From: Orbicella franksi
Taxonomy: Eukaryota
Assembly: GCA_964199315.1 (NCBI GenBank)
Contig: OZ116699.1
Location: 34,782,001 to 34,846,000, forward strand
Reading direction: 5' to 3'
DNA length: 64,000 nt
Below the pieces are notes generated by a model, which was not told where the DNA came from, searched no databases, and worked only from the letters and a program-made list of their open reading frames with translations. How positions within the stretch are numbered: position 1 is the stretch's first letter; each line of letters starts with the position of its first letter. The translations under genes and the position numbers were made by a program. This document shows, in pieces, positions 33,201 through 45,779 of this stretch.

Positions 33201-36200
33201 CATTTTTTGACTAAAGACGACAGAATTGATCGTACAATTGAACCGCGCAATTTCTAACTCACAGGGGAAAAGAAAAACATTTTGAAACAGCAGGAGTTCA
33301 AAATAGTCGATAATAAATGACTGGAGGTTAAATCCAAGGGAAACGGTTTTAATTTCGAAATTAACGGTTTCGAATTAGCGGATTCTAATTGGATAATTAT
33401 GTGTTCATCCATTGCGTGGCTAATGCAGTGAACGTTTATTGCCTACTTGGGTAGTCCTCTCCCGGTTCTTATCTCACAGACATATATTAGCTCAGGCCTA
33501 TAGGCAGCTGGACGCAGACGTTTCTGTTCTTAAGCCAGAAAAATAACGACTGGATGTTAAACGAGATGTTTCGGAACACCTCGACCAGAGGGCTCACTCT
33601 CCTGTTTCCTTTGTCGTTGAGGATAGAGACTGATTGTGCCGCAGCAACAATCAAGACGCTCTGCCACTCCTCCCATCCAACATATGTTTTTTACCACCCA
33701 GATTCTGGCTGGTCGCGTGACCAGCCGCAACCAAGGTCCTTCTCCCCAACGACAAGGGAGACAAAGGAGGGAGAGGCTGAGATCAAAGCTGATTTGCGTA
33801 CAGGTTGCAGTACGTCATGTTTACCTACCTTCCTAAAATGAGCACCATTGCCCACTGGAGGAAGTTCCTGACCGACACTTGATTTTCACTAACACTGGCG
33901 CGAAAGGTCTCTTCCAAGACTTCACCCGCAAACATCACTTCGGTGTCAGCCTTGAACAACTGAGAGAGCGCCACGAGGATCGCTTGCCACACTCGATGCT
34001 TTCTTCTGTGCGAATACGAGTTGATAGACGAACGCGGTTTTTCTTCTGTCAGCTCGTCAAGTTTAGTGATGAGTACGCGGACGACACGTTTCAGAAGTCT
34101 TGCGTCACGCTCGTTTTCTGGATTTAACGTCAGTAGCATGTTAATCGCGTTCACTCGCACACGCGTGTAATCGCGCAGTTCGTCCATGTACAAGGGGTTA
34201 ATCTCGCGTTTCTCGCCAAGCATACGAATATACTCAAGCACATAATACGTAACACGTATTGTCTTCTTTACTCTGGGGCCAAAAACGCAAGCTTCGGTCA
34301 GGAAATCTAAGTGAACTTCTAAGCTTCGTTTACGATCTTCTTCGCTGATTTCATCAGCTGGATTCGGATCACTATTTTGGCAGTTTGCCCAAAATTCACA
34401 GCACGGTCCAATCACGTGATTCACAATTCCTGGACGATCTTCTCCCAGAGTCAACAACTCGCCCCAGTACTTGCGCACTATTGCAGTCATGGGGTGTTCC
34501 TCGGGCAGAACCAGAAGACAAGGATTAAAAAGCACTTTTGTCATCTCTCTCAAAGTTCCCCAGAACCAGATATGATCGCCCTTTTGCCGGTCTTGAAATG
34601 TCCACCACACAGATTCAAGAGCCTGTGAGCACAGCACGTCATCTGTCAGCAGCATTCGTGGGGTTAACAGGCGCACACATCTAATTACAGGTACCACCGA
34701 AAGGCCAGAACCCAAAGAGAGAGCTTCGAGAGCCGCGTCAGGGAGGGTTGCCAAAAAGGGCTCCAATTTGTCTCTCTGCTGTCTGCCCCCACTATCGGAG
34801 TACTCCTGCTCAAGCAGAAATTCGACACATCGCCACTGAGCTTCAATGAAGTCAGAAACCAGTCTTCCCCAACCTTTCTTCACTAACATGCTTGTCTCTG
34901 CTGAAGTATCTTCACGAGCCTCGCCTTGATACAGAAACCTGGGTTTTGGGAACTCGGAACTCAGATCAAATTCGGCCACCGTTTGTGACAGAGCCTGCAC
35001 AAGGTGGATGGTGTGAAGGTTTGGTTTGGCTCTTAAAGCTGTGAAACACCAGGCGAGACACTTCATGGCCAACACAAAAGAACGCCAGTCGCTCAGAGTC
35101 AACTTCTGTCTGTCTGACTGCTTGTCCAGGACTACTGTACGGCTTCTTTGTACGAGATTTTCAATAAACTGGAAATACACCTCCAAACCATGAACGGAGT
35201 TCACAGTAACGGCCATAAACATGAACAGCTCTCCAGCGAGGTCAAGGAAAGCAGAGCTTCTGTCCACTGGAGAGAAGGTCGAAGGCGTAGTGCTGAGCTT
35301 CCTCAAAAGTAGCTCAAGAATGTCTGCGCCACTGGTCTTCAACAGCTCTTCCATGATTCCCATGCTGTTATCGATGCTCTGCGTTGCTGTGGCGATGCCA
35401 TCTGATTTTTCATTCGAGTTTCCTTGAGAGGCCGTCGTGCTATTCATGTGGCGTAAGACGCCCGAAAGAATCCTGGCGGCTCTCTCTGTTCTACCTTCTG
35501 AGGCGTAGACATGTCCTGCAGCATGTTGAAGAACCTCCATAGTTTGTCGAAATAAGCCCTCTGTGAGCTGCCTACTCTCTGAGTTCTTTGAAAATTTGAG
35601 AGAAGAATCGCATGCGATGACGACTAACCTTACAACAGATTCCACTTCTGGGTCACCGGTTGATAACTCTAGTGAATCATCGTTAAGAAATACCTCCACG
35701 CATGCCCTGAGGTGCTCAAACAGCTCTGAGAAGCCCTTTTCAGCTAGACTCAAACCGGCTTTACCAGAATCTTCTTGGCCGACGGTGCCGTGAATCTGCC
35801 ACACCCATTGAACTGTTGCTTCCCATAAAGCATTTCCTCGACATAAGTAATCATCCTCCGAGAGAAGAGAGAGGAAATGTCCAATGTTACTCCACGCCAC
35901 GCGCCTGGGGTCTGTCAAATTGACAACCGCCTTCAGAAGAAAGCTCTGAATAGCAACTGACAAGTGCGGATCAAACGTTCTAAAGAGATGAAAGATCTCG
36001 CTAATGCTTCCTAATGCGTTAGAATCCCAAGCTTTGCAAAGTGGCAGACTCGCAAGCATCTGCGACATAAACACCAAAGGAACTTGCGAAAAATCTTGCT
36101 TGACAATGGAGGCTAACAGCCCTGTACAAAACGTTTGCCTGTCAGTGTCTGTGGGAAGGTTCTTGGCAAACTCTGTGAAAAATCTAACAACGGCAGCCCC

Positions 36201-39200
36201 TATTGGAGGAGGGTCTCCTCTGAGGCCATCATCTGCTCTGCCATAGATATTATACTCGCCAAGCATGCTCATCAGGGGGCCATAAAGGAACCACCAGTAA
36301 CAGGTGTTCAGAAGTGGTGAGCCGCACAGGTCCATGTTGAGCAGGTCCAGGATGGCCCATCTACAGATGAACCTGGTATCATGTTGAGATGCCCTGTGGT
36401 ACAGTGTAAAGAGCCATGAAATGTCCAGTAATGTTTCACCTGCAGAAGCAAAAATCACACAGGCCATCTTAAATACAAATGCTGTGTTAAGTGGGGACAC
36501 TATAAATGAAGAAACAATTATTGTAAAATAGAGCTGAAAACTTATTAAAAATCTCAACTGGTTGGAGGCTGACTGACAATATCACAGTCCAAGTGAGTGT
36601 TTGAGAATCAATCTGAGAAATTCTCTGTAAAGAATACATCATGAGTGAAGCATTTATTTTTTACATAAAATCTGCATTAATGAGGATCTATTATACTGCA
36701 GTTTGGTGGTTTAAGCCAATTTTGAGAACATGATTGTGGGTACATTCACATTTACCTAGCATTTTGCAGTTAAGAAAATGATGGTGCAGTTGTAGGAAAT
36801 CATAAATTTAGCTTGTGGTTTTCAGTTTTTTCATGTTTTTGTGGCAGTTATTTAAACAGAGAGCCCTCAAAACTTGTACTTTAACGCTTCATTATAAACA
36901 TCTTCAGCAATCTTTGTGGTTGTAAACAGGCCATTAGACGTCCAAACTTTTTGCTCTAGCTAGTTCCCTAATGGAGTTAAAAACAATTCGTCCCGCTTTA
37001 AAATTGTAGCCTTTGTGAAGAGAAATACGATTATTGAGCTAACATATCATAAGAATTTGTCACATACTGTTAAAAGATCAGTTCATGATGATAATCGTCC
37101 TATCAGTAGTTGGGTAGTTTTGTTTTTTTAGGAGAAAATGAAAGTGGTCTGTGATTTCAAAGGAACAAAATATGGCAGTTTGCAAAATGCATGCCTCCCC
37201 CCCCCCCCCCGACCCCTTCTATATATATAATGGACACTAATTGATGCTTACTATTAATACTTTTCTTTGTGGCACTGACTATGCTTGAAATCCGTGGTAG
37301 CACTGGTTTGATAAGATGTGCCTAAAAAAATGAAAAGGAAGTTGGAGCATCATGCAAACATTCATAGATAAATGACTTTATATTTACAAATGTTACTATA
37401 ACCATTACCATATAAGAATATGTAATGTGCACCTATAGTAATATTATTAATTAAAAGTTAATTTCAAAATATAAAATGCCCAATCTAATCTAGCTTCCTG
37501 AAAATAGAAATGTACGTTATGTAAATTCAAAAAGTCCAGCTTGTTAGGAGTGCTGTGTGTTTCATTGACAGCAAATTAATGCCTCCAATAATGTTATATC
37601 TGTAGAAAATACGTTCCACAACTTTTTGCATTGGCTTGCCTTCAACCGGCCAATCAATATTATGTACAAGTTAGAAGTGAGAGAGGTGGGGCTGATAATT
37701 CTTGGGGAGTGAACATGGAAACTGACAAAATATCAGAAAGCTATGAAAAAGATGTCAAACATAAATCAAAAACCTTTTTTAAAGGTTGCCAATTTAAAAA
37801 TTGGCAATGGTACTGCAAAGCACTATAAAAATTGTACCTGTTTTTCATCCAATGTTTCCATTAAAAGAACATAATCATGCCAGATACTCATAAGAGAGTC
37901 CTTTTTGTCACATGACCAGTAAAATATGCGACTTCCTTTCTCACTCAGCACTGATAAATCACATGGCTGTTTGTCCAGCAAATCCAATGCCCTTTTCAAC
38001 AGGTACATGCTCCTTTTTCTTGTTAGAGGTTCATTTAACACAAGACCCTGCTGAATAATTTCCCAGAAGTCAGCTTGTTGAAACAGGCTGTAATTATCTG
38101 GGCTGAAGAAGAAATCTGCAAGTCCACAGAGAATGGCATAGGTCTGATTGAAGGTTCCAGTAGCTGAACCAGCAGCGTGACTTGGAGAAATCTGTTTCAC
38201 CACATTCCAAACAGCCTGAAAGTGCATGATTGATGGCAAATTCATAAACAGGAATCCAGTTTATAGCTTTCTTAATTAAGACCAAACCCTGGAATGTCTG
38301 GTGTACATTCAGACACATTAAACTCTGAATCAGTCCTTTGTCAATAAGAGATCACAACATATCGCATGACCTTGCATCATGTTTGACCCTCAACCCATCT
38401 TATACTTCTTGGTAAATATTTTCTTTACCAATGCTCTCTGAACAAAATAAGATATCAATTCACACACTTAATTGCCCTGGTGAAGAAAAAATTGACCCAG
38501 AAGGATATATAGCATTGCTATCCAACAAAGCAAATATATTTTTTTTTGCAAAGTTTTTTTTTCCCAGAAAACAATAAGAATGTTGAGAGTGATACTGGCT
38601 GTATATTATTACAAAGTAGAATAAGAGTACCATAAGGGTTCAATTTAGCAGCCGGGGTGCTTATTTACCTTTGGTACCTCAAGGGAGGGCGCTTATTTGA
38701 GACAGGGCACTTATTTGAGACAGGGCGCTCGGTAATTCTTTTTTGAGAAACAACCAAATGTTCAAAACAAACATTAACATGGTATTTATTAAAAAAGGAA
38801 CAATAACAGAAACTGTTAGTATCAGTAACAAATATACAGTAAATGTTCAGTTCACGTTTGAAGGAATTATGCACTCACATGGACATAATAGTGGAGAAAC
38901 TCAGATGAGGACCACTGTTTTTGTAATGAGGCATAACATATGTGAGCAATTAAGGAAGATGAACCTCTGTTCCCTTTATATGTACTCTGATGGCGCTATA
39001 ATATTATAATATTAGCAAGAATAGGGGTGCTTATAAGAATTGCCACGCTTATTGCAATAGGGGCACTTTATTGAAATAGGGGCCCTTATTAACGAAAACA
39101 CATTCGAAGCTGGGGGCGCTTATCTGAAAAGGGGCACTTATTGGAAGGAGAGCACTAAATAGAATCATCATGGTAGTTACAAGATTGTACAAGATCATTG

Positions 39201-40509
39201 GGTATTTCATCATCAAATAAAAAAAATAGGATAATATATCTGATTTACCACTTTGGATAGCAAATGCCAGGTCTAAAAATGGGTTTGGAAAATGAAGTAA
39301 ATTGGTTTGAAATACATAAGGACTTCTACGCCAAAGATACACCAAGGCTTTTTAAATTCCACACCAATGATTGTCACTAACAATTAGTGGCTTGGCTGTG
39401 AAACACAAAACCTCTGGCACCCAGAGTACCAAGCGCCTGGCAAGCGGCCAAAGTCCCATGCTGCTTTTCTCAAATAATCCCAATTTTCTTCAATATTATG
39501 TTCACTGGGAAACTTTGGACTCAGACGGATCGTATAGATACCCATTATTGCCAGATACAGTATTCAATAAGGGATAAATTGGGGGAGAAAAGGAGAAGTC
39601 AAGAAGCCATAGTTATCATGCCAAGTCGCCTCACATAGTTTAATAAGCGTTTATACTCTAGTACCAGTAAATGTAATGTGCAGTCCGCTATATGTCAAAA
39701 ACTCCAATCACATGCCAGTACGCTGCAAAATTTTAAAGGCCTTGCCGAAGTTCTTTGGCATATAATCTACTCTGAATGCAACCTGACATAAGGGCAGAGT
39801 TTTGTGAACTGGGCAGCACATCCCTACTCCGTACTTAAAACTCCACAGAGTCTCCCTTATCCCTAGATACTCCATAACGGTTACAACTCACCTCACATCG
39901 TTCTGTTCTCTTGTATTCCAAAAACTTTGGCAACACAAGACCAGTAACTTTACCGCACAAGCTCTCAGTTGTGTGGGGTAGAATATTTAACAGCTCGAGG
40001 AACAGTTTATCTCCAGTTTCTCCAGATATAACATTGGTACTATGAGAAGAATTAAGGCAATCTGATCGGACAAGATTTCCGATGAGATCCAAAGTTACCG
40101 AGGCGTCATGCGCGTTATCTTCCGTGGCACTCGTCTCCACAACGTATCTTCTCAGAACCTGCAAGGATTTCTCACAAATTTCTGAAAGCAAAGTAGTCGG
40201 AAACAGCGAACAGCAGAAGGCCACAATATCGTAGCAGAGATGAAGCTTTTTTCGATTGTTTCCAGACAGCTGCCTATCCTTACTGAGCGAAGAAACATAC
40301 ACAATAGGCCAACATATTTCCTTCAAAACCACGCTAGCCAAATCTTCGGTAAAGTTTTTTGATTTTTCAAGCTCCGATAACACTAATTTGAGCGATTCTA
40401 AGAAATTTGTATCGAGAGCAAGATCTTTCCGCTCTACAAAGCGTTTAAGAACAGCCAAGATCTGGGAGTGATCAGAATTCTCACAGATGAATCGGAGTAG
40501 ATCCGCCAT
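30261..40509 (-). CDS. TARBP1: TARBP1/Trm3 tRNA (guanosine-18 2'-O)-methyltransferase, SpoU family, 6 exons, 1653 aa
   Basis: Exons (minus): 40509-39892, 38215-37838, 37321-37261, 36439-33829, 32896-32701, 31358-30261. GT-AG introns, phases compatible, 4962 nt. C-terminal SPOUT motifs [51 protein letters not shown]. Family-typical EKQ-AHLIKPVLP spans exons 2-3. Confidence 0.95.
31881..32020. repeat. Palindromic MITE-like repeat
   Basis: Inverted arms AATATATCAAACAGTCAAGACAG... / ...CTGTCTTGTTTGATATATT. Confidence 0.6.
32099..32316 (-). mobile_element. tRNA-derived SINE (degenerate) in TARBP1 intron 5
   Basis: Minus strand has an A-box-like GTGGCCTA...ATGGTGAGC and B-box-like GAGTTCAAGGCC, then a body shared with the copy at 42113. 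Confidence 0.7.
38628..39175. mobile_element. Tc1/mariner-like MITE in TARBP1 intron 1
   Basis: Ends TACCATAAGGGTTCAATTTAG / CTAAATAGAATCATCATGGTA (imperfect TIR, TA at both ends), with GGG(C/T)GCTTATT subterminal repeats. Confidence 0.65.
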
Positions 40510-40863
40510 TTTTCCACACGAGGTCAAAAAATGCAACAGGCAACATTTTCGGCCGGGAAGAGCGCCGAGTGGACTAGGACTAGACAACTATCGACTAACC
40601 TAAAACCTCTACCCCTACCCCGACCCCTAATATATTTTAACACCCAGCCCCTAGCTCTGCGGTTAGTAGAGTGAAAATAACACGACATTCCATTGGTTAA
40701 TGGTGTCAGTGGGAACCAATCATAACCCGCCAATTAGCTTGGCGCGAATCGAATGAAAAAGAGCGCGCAATCATTGCCAACTACTCATATTTTGCACTGT
40801 TGATCGAAGCGCTCTCTCTTTGTGCAAGACAGGAAGTAGTCTCTTTTTCTTGTTTGCCGCGAA
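40510..40863. promoter_or_regulatory. Bidirectional promoter region shared by TARBP1 and DUT
   Basis: Divergent ATGs with 354 bp between them. CCAAT boxes (ATTGG near 40692, CCAAT near 40716 and 40730) and an E2F-like TTGGCGCGAA at 40739-40748. Confidence 0.75.
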
Positions 40864-42458
40864 ATGGGTCAGTTTTTGTCCACAACGCTTACAACACTCG
40901 TTTATGCTCACCCTGAATGCCAGGAGAAGGTATTGTACTTCAAAAAGCTCAGCGATCGGGCGACAACTCCATGCCGAGGCTCAGAATTGGCTGCAGGGTA
41001 CGACTTGTACAGCGCGGAAAACGTGACCATCCCCAAGCAAGGAAAGGCTTTAGTGAAGACAGACATCGCTATAGCGCTACCTGAAGGATGCTATGGACGA
41101 GTGGCACCGAGGTAATTAACAATGCAGGGTTACTGTTTCTAGAATATAGGTCTCGCTTTGAGCACATTACTCGCAATTGTCGATCGAGCACATGATACGC
41201 ATAGTGTACACTTTTTCACTATTGTTGATTCAATAAGCTTATTCGCAGACAAGCGTTAAGGGGTTATGACCAATATTCATTCCTTTAGAGATTCTACTCA
41301 CTGCATTCAAAGAAACCAGAAAACAAGAAGCCTTTCGTATTGGCGGGAATTGGACTCTGCACGGTGTAATCAAATGCCCTTTTCACGACCTTGTCACGTG
41401 ACTTTGTCAATCATAAAGAAATGGTCGTGGTACAAAATGTATTCCAGAAATAGAAAGAGCTTGATAAAATCAGGAAGATTTCTTATTTGAAAGCCACTGA
41501 CATTAAAGTGTGAGACACTTTACTCTCATACAATCTCTTTCATCTGAAATGTAAATGGATACTAGCAAACTATTCAACAAACCAGGTAAATGCTGGGGAT
41601 CTCCTTCAGGGAGTAAAACAATGATCCTGGGCACTCTACTTTCTATTGTGAAAGGAATACATGTGTTTTAACATGACCATTTCACACTTTTTAGATCTAG
41701 TCTCTCTTGGAAGCATCACATTGATGTTGGGGCAGGTGTTGTTGACCGGGATTACCGCGGAAATGTTGGCGTGGTCCTTTTCAACTTGTCAAAAACTGAT
41801 TATGAAGTCCTTCAAGGAGATCGCATTGCTCAACTTATAGTTGAGAGAATAAGCACACCACCTCTTGTTGAGGTTGAGGTGAGAAATTCTGTCACTGTTT
41901 GGTTTCATACCACATTTTAACATTTTCACAGCAAAGATATTAGTTTGGTTATCAATAGAAAATGTTGACACATATTTTGGAAAGAACTCATCTTCCAGGG
42001 GAGTAAAACAAAAATGTTAAATGAAGAAATGAAAATATTCAGGGCTTCATTGGGAGGTAGACTCCTAACTTCCACCAACTAAGCTACACATTAGAAACGG
42101 GCAGTAGATGTATTGACCGAATGGTTAGTGCACTGCTACCCCAGATGGCGCATCGCAGGTTGAGCCCTGGCCCAGGTAAGGAAGAAAGTTCACAGTACCT
42201 CTCTCGAACCAGATGTATCAATGGGGACTAGTGAATTTAATGTTAGGGGAGTAACCCTGTGATGGACTAGTATCCCATGGCCCACGGGGGAGTAGAAATA
42301 CATTCTCCCATGGAAATCTAAAGAAATTTGAATTTCTTTCACAAAAAGTACATTGATTTTAGTTTATTTAACTTAATATGTTAAAAACACTTTTTCTTAA
42401 TCAGGAACTAGATGATACAGCACGTGGAACAGCAGGCTATGGATCTACTGGAAAATAG
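40864..42458 (+). CDS. DUT: dUTP diphosphatase (trimeric dUTPase), 3 exons, 161 aa
   Basis: Exons 40864-41111, 41695-41878, 42405-42458 (486 nt, GT-AG). Five motifs present: [41 protein letters not shown]. Confidence 0.96.
42113..42305 (+). mobile_element. tRNA-derived SINE (degenerate) in DUT intron 2
   Basis: TGGTTAGTGCAC...GGTTGAGCCCTGGCC head, then body ...GTAACCCTGTGATGGACTAGTATCCCA...GGGGGAGTAGAAATA. Homologous to 32099-32316. Confidence 0.7.
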
Positions 42459-42981
42459 GCAGTTATTAGTTAAATAGTTATTTAGACTTATTGCTACAGA
42501 GGAGGGAAGAAGACACCCATGCGGAAAGGTTGGCGATCTTACTTGGAAATTTTGAATTAAACCCCTAAAGGAGACCAATCTGGGTGTTTTGGCTAGAACC
42601 TTACTTGACCCCTTAAAGATATCACTGAAAACAGAAATGACAGCCTTTTTTATTATTTCTTCAAGTGTACCCTAAAAGATACCTTGATGGCTAAAAAGAA
42701 AGGAGTTTCATCTTGAACACCCTAAGTGAGACAGAAACTCGTAATTTACAACTGTAAGCAAGACAATGAGCATCCCCAACCTTTTCATATGGGAGTCCAC
42801 CTCCCCCTCTCCCCACCCCCAGGCATTGCTTGGACCAAGATTTTCTGACCAACATCTCTACATTCCTCAAAGGTTATGTTCGTTCCAAAACAGCAATCTT
42901 TATCAAAAAGATTGCTTGAAGAAACTTCGCTGATAAAGAAAGCCCTCAGACTACTTCATTTATGTGTGTGAGAATTGCTGA

Positions 42982-43461
42982 ATTTATCAGTAAGGCAAAC
43001 AGTTTGGGAAGAAAGTTAGCTGCCATCTGGGTGACTTCCTCATTAACCACTTTTGCTTGTGAATTGTGACATAGATGTACAACAGTTCAATATTTGTCTG
43101 GCTTTTGTGTCTATAAGAAAAACAATTCTGTTTCTTTCCTTCCAGCCAATAAAGTTACATCAGACAATTTCACTGACATGAAATTTCATTTGTTATCAGT
43201 TATTCCCTTGAGATTATAAAGAAAGACTACTCCATTTGTTAGTACAAGAACTGTTGAATTTATCAATAAGGCCAACAGGTTGGGAGGAAAGTTAGTTGCA
43301 GTTGGGGTGACTTCCTCATGAACCATTTTTTCCAGTGAATTGTATAGTTCAATATTTGCCTGGCTTTTTGTATTTAAGACAAAAACATGTGTTTCTTTCC
43401 TTCCCACTGTTAAAGTTGCATTAGAATTTTGTTGTGATGAAATAACATTTGTTATCAGTTG
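42982..43461. repeat. Diverged tandem duplication, period about 276 bp
   Basis: ATTTATCAGTAAGGCAAACAGTTTGGGAAGAAAGTTAG... at 42982 and ATTTATCAATAAGGCCAACAGGTTGGGAGGAAAGTTAG... at 43258 align over about 200 bp. Confidence 0.85.
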
Positions 43462-43522
43462 TGCCATTCAGATTAAACCATGTTTGAGAGTTTGCTATTC
43501 GTTGGTCTTTTCACTTAGCTCT

Positions 43523-43981
43523 TATTAACCAAGCTGAAGGTCCGTATGGGAGAATCTTGACCGAGGTCGTGAGTACAGACCGAGGTCAAGATTCTCCCAT
43601 ACAGACCGACTTAGTTCGGTTAATAAGATGTTTATTATATGGCAAAGAAGAAAACTTTAATCCTTTTAATGTAACTGGTTTGCTGACATTCCGCTTGCGA
43701 ACGGCAATGAGCTTAACTTAAACCTGCCGAAATTTGCTCGTCCTCTTTACTTTTTTTTGTCATCAGGCTTTTTGGCACTTCCATAAATAATTGAGAAGAA
43801 AATAAAAGAAAATGGTGAACATTTTTGTATTTTAGTTTGCTACTTTGTCAACCCAAAAAGAAACCGGTCTAGATGCCGGTCTAGATGGGAAAATCTAGAC
43901 CACGGTCAATATTGATTTCAGCCAATCAAATTTGTGAATTCGGTAGTTCCCAGTCCTTGTGAGACACAGCCATATAATAAT
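43523..43981. repeat. Palindrome-containing interspersed element
   Basis: Inverted arms TATGGGAGAATCTTGACC / GGTCAAGATTCTCCCATA inside TTATTAACC...GGTTAATAA, and TTATTATATGGC / GCCATATAATAA. Confidence 0.6.
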
Positions 43982-44345
43982 ATGGAATAATATTACAGTG
44001 TGAAAATGAGGAGTTTAGTGATCTTTTTTTGTGTGTTCTTTGTGATTCATATAAAGAGGGACTCAAGAAACAAAACTGGACTCATTTGAAACAAGAAAAA
44101 GACAACTTGGAAATGGCCTGTGATTGAAATGCAAAATTGCTTCCAGTAATAATTTCATCCGCAAATGAGTTCACTGATAAAAGGTCTGTAACAAATAAAA
44201 GCCAAAGGCTCGCTCAGCATTTTCTATGAGATTGTTGCTCTGTGTGATAATAGCAGCAGACGTGAGCAGACATCCTATGCTTTACTTGGGATGTTACTAA
44301 GACCAGGAACCAGGTATGGGAGTCTGGAGACGAGTTGTCGATGGC

Positions 44346-44387
44346 CAACCTCATTCCCAGGATCTCATCTTACTGGGAACGAGGTTG
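44346..44387. mobile_element. 42-bp micro-MITE with 9-bp TSD
   Basis: TIR CAACCTCATTCCCAG / CTGGGAACGAGGTTG; flanks GTCGATGGC and GCCGATGGC (8/9 identical). Confidence 0.7.
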
Positions 44388-44571
44388 GCCGATGGCACTA
44401 CCGGGATAATGTCAGCCAATAAGTCTGAGCTCGTCCTTTCAAACTGCTAGGTCAGTTTAGCTGATTGTAAGACCCTGACAGATCCGTGAATATAACTGCT
44501 CAGGTTGTGGGAGTAGTTGTAATAACGAAGTCCAATCCTTGAAGGTTCTTGACCTCTCCTTTCCTCCGGAT

Positions 44572-45000
44572 GGGAGGAGCGGTGGTTAATCCCTTAATGG
44601 CCTATGCAGGGAAGCTCTGCCTGAAAGGGATACCTTTTTCAAGTTTCAGGTATATAAAATGGCAGAGATTTCATAAGTTGAGGTATATATGAAGGGTGGG
44701 GATATCTGTCCTTTTGCTATTTTGAGGGGACTTTCATTAAAACATTTCGAACAGATGCACTGTATAGCTGGATCATTTGATTTATTAAGGAATACATGAA
44801 AATGACAAGAAGATTTCTTTTTTTGGTGATTTTATTCATAATACAGACCGGTTATGAAAGCATGTGAAAGGGATACCATTTTTCAATTAAAGGTATACGA
44901 AAGAGGTACCTTTTCTGTCGGAATGGTATACAAAGGGGTAAGGGGTTGGACTTCGGGGCGGAGCCTCCCCGTATAAAACTTTGTAGAGTACTCCCCCCGA
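44572..45000. mobile_element. Non-autonomous DNA-transposon-like repeat
   Basis: Inverted subterminal motifs TATGCAGGGAAGCTCTGCC / GGCGGAGCCTCCCCGTATA; right end GTACTCCCCCCG. Confidence 0.5.
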
Positions 45001-45131
45001 CATATATAGGGGATAGTATTGCGTTCAGGTGGGAGAATAGAGAGTCCTGGAGGACAACTAGCACTTGGCACACGCTCATAACGCTGTCATTTTCGCCGCA
45101 AACGAGGAAAACCACATGTGGCAGCTGTTTA

Positions 45132-45503
45132 AGGCCCTGTCTACACTACGCCGAAGGAATTTGAAAACGGAGCTTTATTTCTCCGGTTAGGCCTTTCGTC
45201 CAGACTAATCCGTCACGAAAACGGAGCTTCTCACGAGCACTCTTCGCACCGAAAGAATTTGAAAACGACGGCTTTGCGTTAAAGTGTAGACGGAAAATAT
45301 TTTAAAAACGGAGCTTTTTGAAAAGGATAACGTCACGATAATCATGTGATTTCCCTGCCCGAGTTTTCCTCAAACACAAATACAAAATGACCGCTGATTG
45401 TTGCGTTTTCAAATTCCTCCGGCGTAGTGAGGACGGAAAACATTTGATGCGTTTTCAGAGTAAAACCTCCGTTTTCAAATTCCTCCGGCGTAGCGTGGAC
45501 GGA
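45132..45503. mobile_element. Harbinger-like MITE, family copy 3 (inverted relative to copy 1)
   Basis: AGGCCCTGTCTACACTACGCCG ... CCTCCGGCGTAGCGTGGACGG; the body is the reverse complement of 6886-7243. Confidence 0.75.
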
Positions 45504-45691
45504 CAACATTTGATGCGTTCTAACGTGTCACGTGGCTGAATATGCCCAGCTAAAACTGGCAATACTATCATGTGATGCATTTTTTCCTTCCTTTTCATTG
45601 GCCGAGAGTCCATTACGTAACCTGCAAATAACTGCCTACAAATGATGCTCTGCTCATGCGTAGTACCGTGTAAGTGTATTTTGCTGCAGAT

Positions 45692-45779
45692 CATTCTCGT
45701 CCCCAGAGCCTCCTTTTCTTTTGGTCACTTAGTCGGAGAAACGGACATTTTAAGACGAGTAGCACTGGGGACGAGAATG
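45692..45779. mobile_element. 88-bp MITE with perfect 15-bp TIR and perfect 9-bp TSD (Mutator-like)
   Basis: CATTCTCGTCCCCAG / CTGGGGACGAGAATG; GCTGCAGAT at 45683-45691 and 45780-45788. Confidence 0.85.

Noticed and set aside
33879-36320. Several plus-strand ORFs of 60-83 aa
   Set aside because: Antisense shadows of the large TARBP1 exon.
36440-36557. N-terminal 39 aa of the listed 910-aa ORF
   Set aside because: Intronic run-in; the true exon starts after the acceptor at 36440-36441.
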